This document shows positions 44,694-54,000 of a stretch of 64,000 nt of DNA, piece after piece. The notes beneath the pieces were generated by a model. It saw only the letters and a program-made list of their open reading frames with translations, did no database searches and was not told where the DNA came from. The DNA is taken from the IMG/VR virus record IMGVR_UViG_3300023184_000024, positions 124,001-188,000 of that record. One strand, 5' to 3'. Each line of letters begins with the position of its first letter. The stretch's first letter is position 1. The position numbers were made by a program, and so were the translations under genes.

Positions 44694-45613
44694 CCTTCTT
44701 GCTGACGTATTACATCAATTTCGCGGACCATGACTCCTTGATTGTGCCAGTTACTTCGATAGTGATGTTTAAAAAACCCACTACCGCGGTCATCTAACAA
44801 TACAATGGGAAGATCGAGTTGTGTTGATAAATCTTCGGCCACTCTTCCTGCTACTACTTCTGGATCATGGTCTTTGACAGTATCCCAAAGCTCGGCCAGC
44901 ACATCAAAATTTTGCACTAGTTTATAGTCCCAGTTACTCAACATTGTCATGTAGGTTCCCTGCCTTGCTCCTGCAATTGACCAAGCGCCATTTTCTACAT
45001 CTCTTCCAACGTTGTGCCAAATCGTTAAATTCTCAAGATTCTTTTTATGAACCATGGTTCGAAAATCATTGACACTGGGCTTTGCGCCTTTGTTAAGACA
45101 CATTTTAACACCTTCACGGAATCCTGCTCGCCATGCCTGGAATGGAGACCCATTTGGGTAGGTTGTTGAGTAGCAGTCGTGCATTGCCCAATACAAGGGG
45201 TCGAAACAAAATTCAACCAATGTTTCATCACGTCCATCAGAGTTTTCGTGTGTGCGCATATTCCAAATATGTTCACGTGTCCACGAACTAATTCCTCCGT
45301 TGCCGTACATGAGGCCGTTGACATGATTTCGAGCTCTCCATCTATAAACTGCTTTGGCCCAATCATCATTGGTGTATTCTAAGGTAAGATTAAAAAACTT
45401 TTCGTCGGGCAAATTATCTCCGTCGATTAAAATAAACCGTTCAGTTGTGCTGGCATCTGCGGCTGCTTTATGGGCCGCATCACTGCCGTTGACTCCGTCA
45501 ACTCTGATTGCCCAAGGAATTGCATTTTTAATCTTTACCCAAAATTCTTCTTTTTGTGGCTCGTCATAGCTTAGATAAACACAATCAAGATCAGCAATAT
45601 CAATTTGTTCCAT
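44687..45613 (-). CDS. glycosyltransferase-like (GT-A, DxD) protein
   Basis: YLSYDEP, FILIDGDN. Confidence 0.6.
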   Translation of the reverse strand: MEQIDIADLDCVYLSYDEPQKEEFWVKIKNAIPWAIRVDGVNGSDAAHKAAADASTTERFILIDGDNLPDEKFFNLTLEYTNDDWAKAVYRWRARNHVNGLMYGNGGISSWTREHIWNMRTHENSDGRDETLVEFCFDPLYWAMHDCYSTTYPNGSPFQAWRAGFREGVKMCLNKGAKPSVNDFRTMVHKKNLENLTIWHNVGRDVENGAWSIAGARQGTYMTMLSNWDYKLVQNFDVLAELWDTVKDHDPEVVAGRVAEDLSTQLDLPIVLLDDRGSGFFKHHYRSNWHNQGVMVREIDVIRQQEGW

Positions 45614-45938
45614 TATTTTTTAAACTCCATTTGGTGTGTAACTGGTCACAGTTTACTATCACGGCCACATCACAGGGATCACAGCATGCCCCTTGAGTCT
45701 GATGTGGTTTTAATTTTTGTACAAAATTGTTGACATTTAACACAATTTTGTTATCTTTAACATGTATATTGCGCAGTGATTGGGCAAACTGTTCTTTGGT
45801 TATTTCAATGTAATTACCTGGTAGGTCTTCCATTGCGTAAAATGTCGGCTGTCCGTTGCCGTCATAGTAAAGTCTATAAAATATAGGGCCAGGCAAAGGA
45901 ATATCATGTAGTATTGTCCAAAACTCATCGGGCGTCAT
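45600..45938 (-). CDS. hypothetical protein
   Basis: 112-aa ORF in operon. Confidence 0.7.
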   Translation of the reverse strand: MTPDEFWTILHDIPLPGPIFYRLYYDGNGQPTFYAMEDLPGNYIEITKEQFAQSLRNIHVKDNKIVLNVNNFVQKLKPHQTQGACCDPCDVAVIVNCDQLHTKWSLKNNGTN

Positions 45939-46713
45939 TGAGCCATTCCTTTACATTATAGTGAAATGCGCCCCACTGAGCAATGGTGTTTATGCGAAGA
46001 TTGTCGTTCCATTCCCACACAAGCTCGTCTGTCCAATTTTCAGTGGCTGTGCCTGCGATATGTTTTTTCATATGTACAATTTTTGGATATTCACTGAACG
46101 GCAATGTGCATTTTTCCGGGCCAATTATTTGAGCGGCCATTGCATATACAAGATCTGTTGTGGGCACTTTGTCAGGAAATTTTAATATCTTTTGAAATTT
46201 GTCCCAATTTTCAAATATGCTTTTAACAAGATTAAAAAACTCTTGCGCATCCTTGCTAAGCCGCCAATATGTTATTGCATTGTAAACATCGGGTAAGTTG
46301 TTTTCATCAAATGTGCGTCGGTAATGCCGTGCATCACTGACTTCATCTTTCCAGTTTCTACACCCGGTACTGACAACAATATCTCTATGTCTAAACATAT
46401 TCCACCAGTGTTCAATTGAACTAGTAATCAACATGTCTGCTTCAAGTTTAATTGTTTCTCTAAATGGGGTCGCATGAAATACTTGCCAATCATTGCACTG
46501 ATGGTTGCCGCCGTTGCTTTGATCTCCGTTGGGCAAAGGCACGACATGATCAAACACAGGATCACTGCAACGATTTAATGTCATGACAGCAATTCTAGCA
46601 TCGGGGTGAAACTTTCTTATACTCTGAGCCAGTATTGACGCACACGCAACATAATCAACACTGTCTGTGTTCAGTGCCGGTATAAGGTAGCCTTGTTCTT
46701 CAATGGGCTTCAA
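45925..46713 (-). CDS. GT8-like glycosyltransferase
   Basis: DYVACA..LA.SI, TPF.ETIKLEADM, VHMK. Confidence 0.65.
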   Translation of the reverse strand: MKPIEEQGYLIPALNTDSVDYVACASILAQSIRKFHPDARIAVMTLNRCSDPVFDHVVPLPNGDQSNGGNHQCNDWQVFHATPFRETIKLEADMLITSSIEHWWNMFRHRDIVVSTGCRNWKDEVSDARHYRRTFDENNLPDVYNAITYWRLSKDAQEFFNLVKSIFENWDKFQKILKFPDKVPTTDLVYAMAAQIIGPEKCTLPFSEYPKIVHMKKHIAGTATENWTDELVWEWNDNLRINTIAQWGAFHYNVKEWLNDAR

Positions 46714-47503
46714 TTATTTTCCCCAAATGCTTTTTACCCATGACATGTAGGTCGGTGCCAAAAAATCCAATATTTCTACGAGCCCCTTTAACATCAACCC
46801 AATGTATATCAAACGAATCTTGTGCCAGCTGTGTAATTGCGTGGTCTGGCATGATTGTTGCAAGGTCCCATGGAATACTATCCACAGCCAGTGTGTGCCC
46901 GTTAACAATGCCCAATGCAATGCTCAATGCATAATCGTTGCGATAGGTTGATCGTTGTATGCCATACAAGTTTCTATAGTGCTGCCAATTATTTTTAATC
47001 ATCTGCATTGAATCAAAAATATATTGTGCGGTATTTGATTTACGAAACAGCATCACTGTTGCCCACCACATGGGCAACTTGTAATTGCCAAACCAATTAG
47101 ACTCATCAAAGTATCCAGGGCCTGTAATGTCCCAAGCGGTACGATGACACACAAAATCTAGATTAGAATTAAACAATACTTTCAATTTTGAACTGGCCAC
47201 AATATAATCAGCATCCAATACCAACGTTTGATCGTAGGGAGTTAACCTATATGCATCAACCCGGTTGGCATTGTACCAAGGAACAGTATGACCAATGTCG
47301 GAAAAATGCCGTTGGCCTCCCAATTCTTTGTCTACGACTATTACCTGTTCAAAATTAAAATTATCTGGAACCCGAGTGTTATCTGTTACCACTGTGGTAC
47401 CAATGCCAAGGTGTCTGCGAATATTTGCTGCACTCCAGTTGGCCATAGACAAATAATCTATGTCATCGTTGTTAAATGCAAAAATTAATGCGCCTGTGCT
47501 CAT
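46700..47503 (-). CDS. GT8-like glycosyltransferase
   Basis: TPYDQTLVLDADY (DxD), RNDYA, LHVMGK. Confidence 0.7.
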   Translation of the reverse strand: MSTGALIFAFNNDDIDYLSMANWSAANIRRHLGIGTTVVTDNTRVPDNFNFEQVIVVDKELGGQRHFSDIGHTVPWYNANRVDAYRLTPYDQTLVLDADYIVASSKLKVLFNSNLDFVCHRTAWDITGPGYFDESNWFGNYKLPMWWATVMLFRKSNTAQYIFDSMQMIKNNWQHYRNLYGIQRSTYRNDYALSIALGIVNGHTLAVDSIPWDLATIMPDHAITQLAQDSFDIHWVDVKGARRNIGFFGTDLHVMGKKHLGKIIEAH

Positions 47504-47808
47504 CTTTTTTGACTTACTTCAGCATAGTCAAGCAACCAGGCATTCATCTGTTCTTGCCAACGTTGTTGTGCTGCCAATTCTAGTTCATCGACGTCGATAC
47601 GCACAGGATTTTCATACAAGTCAAGAATCACTGCTGATTCTCTGTCAGGGCATGCACTTAGTACAGTCAATAGTTCAGGACCTGCTCGCCACATGCCACC
47701 GGCATACGCAAAAATCATTTTTGCCTGGTATTTTTCTTTGAGCACTCGTTTGGCTGCTTGATGATCAAAACGTGCTTTTGAATGTGAAATTAATTGATTG
47801 GTATCCAT
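47500..47808 (-). CDS. hypothetical protein
   Basis: 102-aa ORF heading the minus-strand modification operon. Confidence 0.7.
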   Translation of the reverse strand: MDTNQLISHSKARFDHQAAKRVLKEKYQAKMIFAYAGGMWRAGPELLTVLSACPDRESAVILDLYENPVRIDVDELELAAQQRWQEQMNAWLLDYAEVSQKR

Positions 47809-47835
47809 AATGTTTTAATTATACAGGAATAATTG

Positions 47836-47863
47836 AAAAAAGTAAAGGGCCCGCAGGCCCTTT
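47836..47863 (-). terminator. intrinsic terminator after structural genes
   Basis: AAAGGGCC-TGCG-GGCCCTTT then ACTTTTTT on minus strand. Confidence 0.75.
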
Positions 47864-47882
47864 GAATAGGTTGGTTGTCCAA

Positions 47883-48878
47883 TTACGCCACTGATGCGGC
47901 TATAGTTGGTGTTCCCCAGCTAGCTGTCAAATATGTAGTCGATGGGGGGAAATAGGTAACAACTGTTGCCGGTGCTGTTCCAAACGAACCAAGTGGTGAT
48001 GCTGTGTCAGTTCCGCCAGTAATTTCATCACTGGATCCTGCTCCTGAACCACCAGGATCAACCCAAGTAGTTGTAAGAACTAATTGTGTTCCTGAACTGG
48101 CTGTTTTTGCATTAAGAGCAATGTATTGACCGGTGTAAGGTGCGGTGTCAGCATACTGTCTGTACAGCAACGTATCAGTGGTGCTCAAATTGTACCACCC
48201 AGTAGTGGTAGCCAACGTGTTGGGTGTACCAGTTCCGCCTGATTTAGTTGTTCCAGTATAGCTTGTGCCAGCAATGGTTTGAGCGGCTCCATTAACTCGT
48301 CCGGTGATAAAGATATCTCCGCACAAGGTTGTTGCCAAGTCGTTCCATTCAGCATCGGCTAATAAGCCGGTTGAAGATTTATTGGTTTCCCATTTAATAC
48401 GTCCACCAGCATTGAAAAAATAACGAGCAGCATCGGCACTGGCAAATTGTATGGTGTGTGTAAATGTTATTGTCCATGCATTAGTGCCCGAGCCAGTATT
48501 TGTTGTTTTTGCTGAGCTACCTGACCATGATGTGATCTGTGCGCCGGTTCCGGCAGCATTGCCACGATTGGTGGTAAGATTTGTTAAATCTGTGTTCATT
48601 GCTGCCAACACAGTAATTGTGTTTCCGGCAACTGGAGCACTTCTTGAGGTAATAGTGGTACCTTGCTGGTTTGCCACAGCGGTAATGCTGTTAACTAGAC
48701 TGGCCCATTGAGTGGCAGTAATAGTGCTAGATGCCGAGACAGTGGACAAGGGAGTTTGCCCGTAACCTTTGTCAGTTGCACCTGTACCATAAATGTCATT
48801 AAGATTTGCTCCGCTTGTTGTACTAACAAATCCGTTATAGTCTGTAGCTTGTATTAATCCACCCGATGAGTAAGTCAT
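47883..48878 (-). CDS. virion structural protein (tail/baseplate)
   Basis: Thr/Ser/Gly-rich; F...AARYFFNAGG motif; within structural operon. Confidence 0.7.
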   Translation of the reverse strand: MTYSSGGLIQATDYNGFVSTTSGANLNDIYGTGATDKGYGQTPLSTVSASSTITATQWASLVNSITAVANQQGTTITSRSAPVAGNTITVLAAMNTDLTNLTTNRGNAAGTGAQITSWSGSSAKTTNTGSGTNAWTITFTHTIQFASADAARYFFNAGGRIKWETNKSSTGLLADAEWNDLATTLCGDIFITGRVNGAAQTIAGTSYTGTTKSGGTGTPNTLATTTGWYNLSTTDTLLYRQYADTAPYTGQYIALNAKTASSGTQLVLTTTWVDPGGSGAGSSDEITGGTDTASPLGSFGTAPATVVTYFPPSTTYLTASWGTPTIAASVA

Positions 48879-48887
48879 TTTTTTTCC

Positions 48888-50264
48888 TTATTTTGTTGCC
48901 ACAATAGCTTCGACTAACCCAGCTTCTCTGGTTAGTTTATCTTCTAATGCGCGACCAATTACATTAAACGCAGTAGCTTCTCCGGGCATGGCTGCTCTTG
49001 CATAGCCATCACCAGCAGATACTAACCGATCCCCTTTTCGAATTGTTCCAACAGCTTTTACCGGAACTCGTCCAGTCATTGCCACAGGCGGGTGTGTGTC
49101 GTCTGATCCGGCACCACCGTTCATTAAATATGCGGCTCTGGTGCTGATAACACCAAACACGGTATCACTTAATTCAAATCGTGATAATGTAATTTCCTTG
49201 TCGCCGCCCAATTCAACCACTGTTCCTGGTTCTAATAATGTGTCTGCTTCAAATCGTTCTGCAACGTCAGCATACAAAGCAGTGCTAGCGGTGGCAAAAA
49301 TAGTGTTGAAGTAACCAGTTGAATTACCGATGTTTCCAACACCATTGGCATTGTTGTTTGTTAGGGTAGAAATATTCAACACAGTGGGTATTGTGACCAC
49401 TGCTGTGGCGCCGTTGACTGCTATAACAGTTTTTACAACTCCGCCATCATTTACTTTGATACTAATGTTAGCATCCTGTGTTTGGTTTTGTAAAGTCACT
49501 TCTGACGTGGCTGTTGCAACACTGATTTTGGCATCTTGGTCAGCGCCAATAGTTAAACCTGTGTCGTTTAAAACGCCAAGTGTGCCCGATGTGGTATCAT
49601 TGGCATCACTGCGTAAGAATTGTGAACTATCGAGTCCATCAACTGTTTGTGCATCAGTTGCTGTGCCACGGAATAATGCGGCTGATACATTGGTGCTTAA
49701 TTGAATACCTGGACCAATTGTGGTAAATCCAGCCACAGCCACTTGAGGAGTAAACGTTGCATCTTTGGAGATTATGCCTACTATAGTATTTTGTACATAT
49801 AACTGAACTACAACGTGATCAATGCTGAGGTTATCAGTGATTGAAGTAACAATTGCACCTGACGTGCCTTGCCCAGATGTAGATGCTGGTCCAACCAGAA
49901 CCCAGGTTGATCCATTGTATACTTTTAACTGTTGGTTTGTGGTGTCGAACCACAAATCGCCAGCAACGTTGCTAGTTGGTGCACTGGCACTGGCAGTAGA
50001 TGCACTAATAACTTTAAAAGTAGTACCGTTGTACACTTTCATTGTATTAGTGGTTTTATCCCACCAAAGTTGACCAGTTAAAGGTGCTCCGGGTGCTGTA
50101 GTATTTGCGCCATTTTCTAATAAATGCACAAAGTTTTCGTCCAAAAATTCACCGTAACCGGCGTAGTTTTTGCCTACTAGAACCATGCTAGAACTGGTGT
50201 TGATGGTACCATCTGCAATTGTTGCAAAAATGCTACCATCAGTTAAATTAATTGTATATGCCAT
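48888..50264 (-). CDS. tail fibre/baseplate protein
   Basis: N-terminus paralogous to 13444..16218; C-terminal YADVAE...GRVPVK..G.I.KGD.LVS chaperone-like domain. Confidence 0.75.
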   Translation of the reverse strand: MAYTINLTDGSIFATIADGTINTSSSMVLVGKNYAGYGEFLDENFVHLLENGANTTAPGAPLTGQLWWDKTTNTMKVYNGTTFKVISASTASASAPTSNVAGDLWFDTTNQQLKVYNGSTWVLVGPASTSGQGTSGAIVTSITDNLSIDHVVVQLYVQNTIVGIISKDATFTPQVAVAGFTTIGPGIQLSTNVSAALFRGTATDAQTVDGLDSSQFLRSDANDTTSGTLGVLNDTGLTIGADQDAKISVATATSEVTLQNQTQDANISIKVNDGGVVKTVIAVNGATAVVTIPTVLNISTLTNNNANGVGNIGNSTGYFNTIFATASTALYADVAERFEADTLLEPGTVVELGGDKEITLSRFELSDTVFGVISTRAAYLMNGGAGSDDTHPPVAMTGRVPVKAVGTIRKGDRLVSAGDGYARAAMPGEATAFNVIGRALEDKLTREAGLVEAIVATK

Positions 50265-50318
50265 TTGTTTTTCACTCCGTCATCTGTGAGTATTTACCTT
50301 ATAATTTTCTATACATAT

Positions 50319-50924
50319 TTATGCGGCGCTTAAATTGGTCAGCGTTTGTATACGAATAGTATAGTCAATTTGAATTTGTCTGTTCAAGCTTTTTTGTACT
50401 GGGTGGAAAATAACATGTGTCAACAGTATTAAATCGTTGGATTCGCCTTCCCAGGCTTTGAGTCCCAACTCGTCAAACACAAATTCACCATTGAAATTAG
50501 TTGAATTGTCAAATGCTTGCTGGCCTGGTGGCTCGCCATAATCTAACAAACAAGTAACCAGGATATCAGTGTACACTTTACCCGGGGTATGCAATACTGC
50601 TAGTTTATTTCGAGTTGGGTCTGTGTTGGCAGCAGAATTGTTATCCACAACTTTGACATAAGTTTGGTTATACAGATCGGCATTTTGCCCTGTTGTGTTA
50701 GGCGGCAAGTATGTAATAACCCCTGTGGGGTCCACGGCTGATCCGCCATTGCCAAATGCCATGGCATAAATGTAACCAAGGTTTTTGTTGGCCAAACTCT
50801 GTGCCAGTGCAATACTCATGTTTTCATAATGAATTGCATTGTGCTTGTCTACAAAAACTTCGCCGTTGTTTGGATCGTAGATTTTTAAAAATCCTTCAAT
50901 TTTAGCCGGAGATAGATTTATCAT
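50319..50924 (-). CDS. virion structural protein
   Basis: MAFGNGG, FDELGL, HVIFHPVQKSLNR motifs; structural context. Confidence 0.7.
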   Translation of the reverse strand: MINLSPAKIEGFLKIYDPNNGEVFVDKHNAIHYENMSIALAQSLANKNLGYIYAMAFGNGGSAVDPTGVITYLPPNTTGQNADLYNQTYVKVVDNNSAANTDPTRNKLAVLHTPGKVYTDILVTCLLDYGEPPGQQAFDNSTNFNGEFVFDELGLKAWEGESNDLILLTHVIFHPVQKSLNRQIQIDYTIRIQTLTNLSAA

Positions 50925-51055
50925 GCTCGTTTCTCCACAAAAACTTCTCCGTTATTCGGATCGTGTATTTTTACATGTGCTTCCACATTCAACGATCCAA
51001 TTTCATTTGGGCGTTGCGGTTGCACCGGCTGTGGTGTGTGTTGTTGATCGATCAT
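50921..51055 (-). CDS. 44-aa protein MIDQQHTPQPVQPQRPNEIGSLNVEAHVKIHDPNNGEVFVEKRA
   Basis: TAAATA just upstream, ATGA-coupled to next gene; below the ORF track cutoff. Confidence 0.7.
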   Translation of the reverse strand: MIDQQHTPQPVQPQRPNEIGSLNVEAHVKIHDPNNGEVFVEKRA

Positions 51056-51067
51056 GACTTATTTACC

Positions 51068-54000
51068 TTAACTATTACTCCGTATAAACCTTGCTGCCTC
51101 TGTTTCGGTTACTTGTAAAGCTACCCCTGATCCCGGACTGTACCATGACCGACCGCGCTCTACTTCTATTACAATTTCATATCCAGCCGGAGGGGCAATG
51201 CCAAATTCTATAGTGACTGGTTCTCCATCTGTTATGATATACTCATTGTAAGCAGTCAGTTTAATTCCGCCCACAAATACTCCAATTGCACTGGCATTAA
51301 TTTCAGTAGAACCAACGTCAGCAATAGAAATATTATCAGCTACAAACGTTGTAGTAGAGCCATCTCCCATGAACGTGTTTGATACTATATAATTCTGATA
51401 CTGTACTGGCAAGATATTGCCTGGTCCAATATTATAAACATAGGAGCCGACATGATGACTGGCCACACCGGTTCCGGCTGTGCCTCTTCTTAGCCCGCTG
51501 ACTGTATTAGTAATTGTGTCTCTGTTACGATATGTTATGCGTTCACCGTTGATGGTTATTAACCCAAATAATCCATATTCTAAATCAGGCTCGTCGAGAT
51601 GTGTAACATCGTCAACGTAGATAATATTATCATATTCAGTCAGCGGCTGTGTTAATACTGTAGTTGTTTGAGCATTGATACGGTAAGAGGTTTGCAAGCC
51701 CCGCATATCTTGGAAGATTCGGAAAGCAATTGCGCCCGGTGCCACACTTTGCGTAAACAATGTAATTGCAATAACATCGGCCGCACCAACTGTTGGTCCA
51801 GTGATGTCGACAATCGATCCATCAATTGAGTAATCTAGGCCGGAGAACAAGAATGCACCGTTGCGGGTCACAATCACTCTGGTTGGGTCTAAAATAATTC
51901 TGCCAGTGTCAAATCGGTTGGTCTGAATCAGCAGGCCTTCACTGTAATCAAAAGATCCGGGGTCGTCGTTTATTGTGCCCACATCATACAATGTGTCATC
52001 GTATGCTTCAGTGATCTGAATACCGCTTGATGTCGGGCCAACAAACACTTCTGTTAAAATATCTTGTTGTGATGTGTCGTTGAAAGTGGTAATTCCAATG
52101 ACATCGCCAACAACTGGTGTTACTCCACCAGTTGGTTTAAAAATTAATGTGTCGCCACTGACATAGTACGGTGATGCTGTTCTAACCGAGATTAAAATTG
52201 CAGCGCCAACAGGAGGGTAATAGGCCATTGTAATGGTGCGTGTGTTAACTCCGTCCCACGGGTCTAACATAAATCCAACGCCAAGAGTCAATGGTTGACC
52301 ATTGACGTAAACAGATACGTCGTTGTCTGCAATCAATCCTTGACTAAATGCCCCTTTATCTGGCAGATAATAACTTAGACTGGATCCATCGTCGATGTAC
52401 TCAACTGCCTCAGCAGGTCGGGCTCTTATTCCGTTTTTAGTGACAATCAAGTTTGCAGGATTTGTACCTTGTAAACTATTTGTCAATATAATACTTTGAG
52501 AACCATCAGAAGTTACAGATTGTATCAATGGCACACTCCAGGAATATGATGGGTTTACTGTGTCAGTTCCCAGTGCAGTGTATGTTATTCTATCTGTTTG
52601 GCCGTATGTTATTCCAAAACCTAATAGAGTATATCCAATTCCAAATTCCCCAAAAGTGTAATTTGTTGTTACTTCTCCGTTGACAAAAATAACAAAACTA
52701 TCAATCAGCGAATAATTCATGGGAATTATCACAGATTGTCCAATGATATCTGAACCTACAATAGTATCTGTGTACAATTTGTTGCCACCACCAATTGAGT
52801 ACACATTTACGTTAACTAAATCTCCATCTAATGCTTGTGCAATTACTGTGACTGTTTTGTTAACCCAGTCAACTGTATAATCCATTCCTAGGTGTAGTTC
52901 TATGCCTTGCGTTTGATTAAAGACAATAATGTTTACAGGATAAGGCTCAGCAGATGCGTATGACACTGTAGGCATTGCTTCTGACCATGCAAAGTTAACT
53001 TCATCGGACGGGAATCCGTGACCGTTACGATCCCAATCTGCCCCAGGAGTTGTAAATACCCTCATGTCTAATGTGTCAAATATTGCGCCAGGTACCAGTT
53101 CTTCTGGCGCATGACTTGAGTAAGTATCAATGAATTCTGCACCGTCAACTATGATCGGATTTGGTCCAGTTGTTGGTGGAGCACCGTCGTATGCGGGTGC
53201 AGGCAATACACCTAAGTACGGGTCTGTAAATTCACTGCTGTAGATAGCGTCGAGAATTGCTGGATCGTAACTTGGTAACCCATCAGGTCCGTAATTAATG
53301 TTATCGTACGGAGTGTTGTCAAAATTACCAACATCAAACCCGGTATCTTCGTCAAAGTCAGGTGCATCAACTTGAACCCCTGGGTAAGCAATGCCTGAGA
53401 TTAATAAAGCAAGATCTAACCCAGGTTCGTTTACTCTAGGTTGGTAATATCCCATGGTACGATCAACCCCGCTTAGGTCGCCGGCCGGTATCAACGTCCA
53501 TTGACTAGGATCAAACGATTCTCCGACTACCTCAGAGTCTGCTTGCCATACCCGATCATCATACCGTACCAGATCGCCATAGTTGTAAGTAACGTTTGGC
53601 TCCCAGGTCAGGATGTCAGTCTGATATTGATACCTGTCATACTTGATGGTGGTGTTGATATCTCTTACTAACGAATTGCCCATGACTGCAACTGCTTGAG
53701 CACCGCCACCTTGTCCGCTTACAAGATTAATAATTGCTGTAGTTGAGTACCCAACGCCGGGATTAACAACGTCAACTGCAATTACGGCCCCGGCACTGTT
53801 GATTCGTGCAACCATTTCTGCTGGTGTAATGCAATCTCCAGTTACCACTACCTCAGGTGGTGCAATATAATTTGCTCCGCCAGCAACAATGGTGACACTT
53901 TCGATGTTTAGTAGATAATTTTGATACCACTGATCGTAAGGGAATGTTTGCCAAATACCATTGGTAGAAGGAACACTACTGGTTGTGCTTAGTCGACCAG

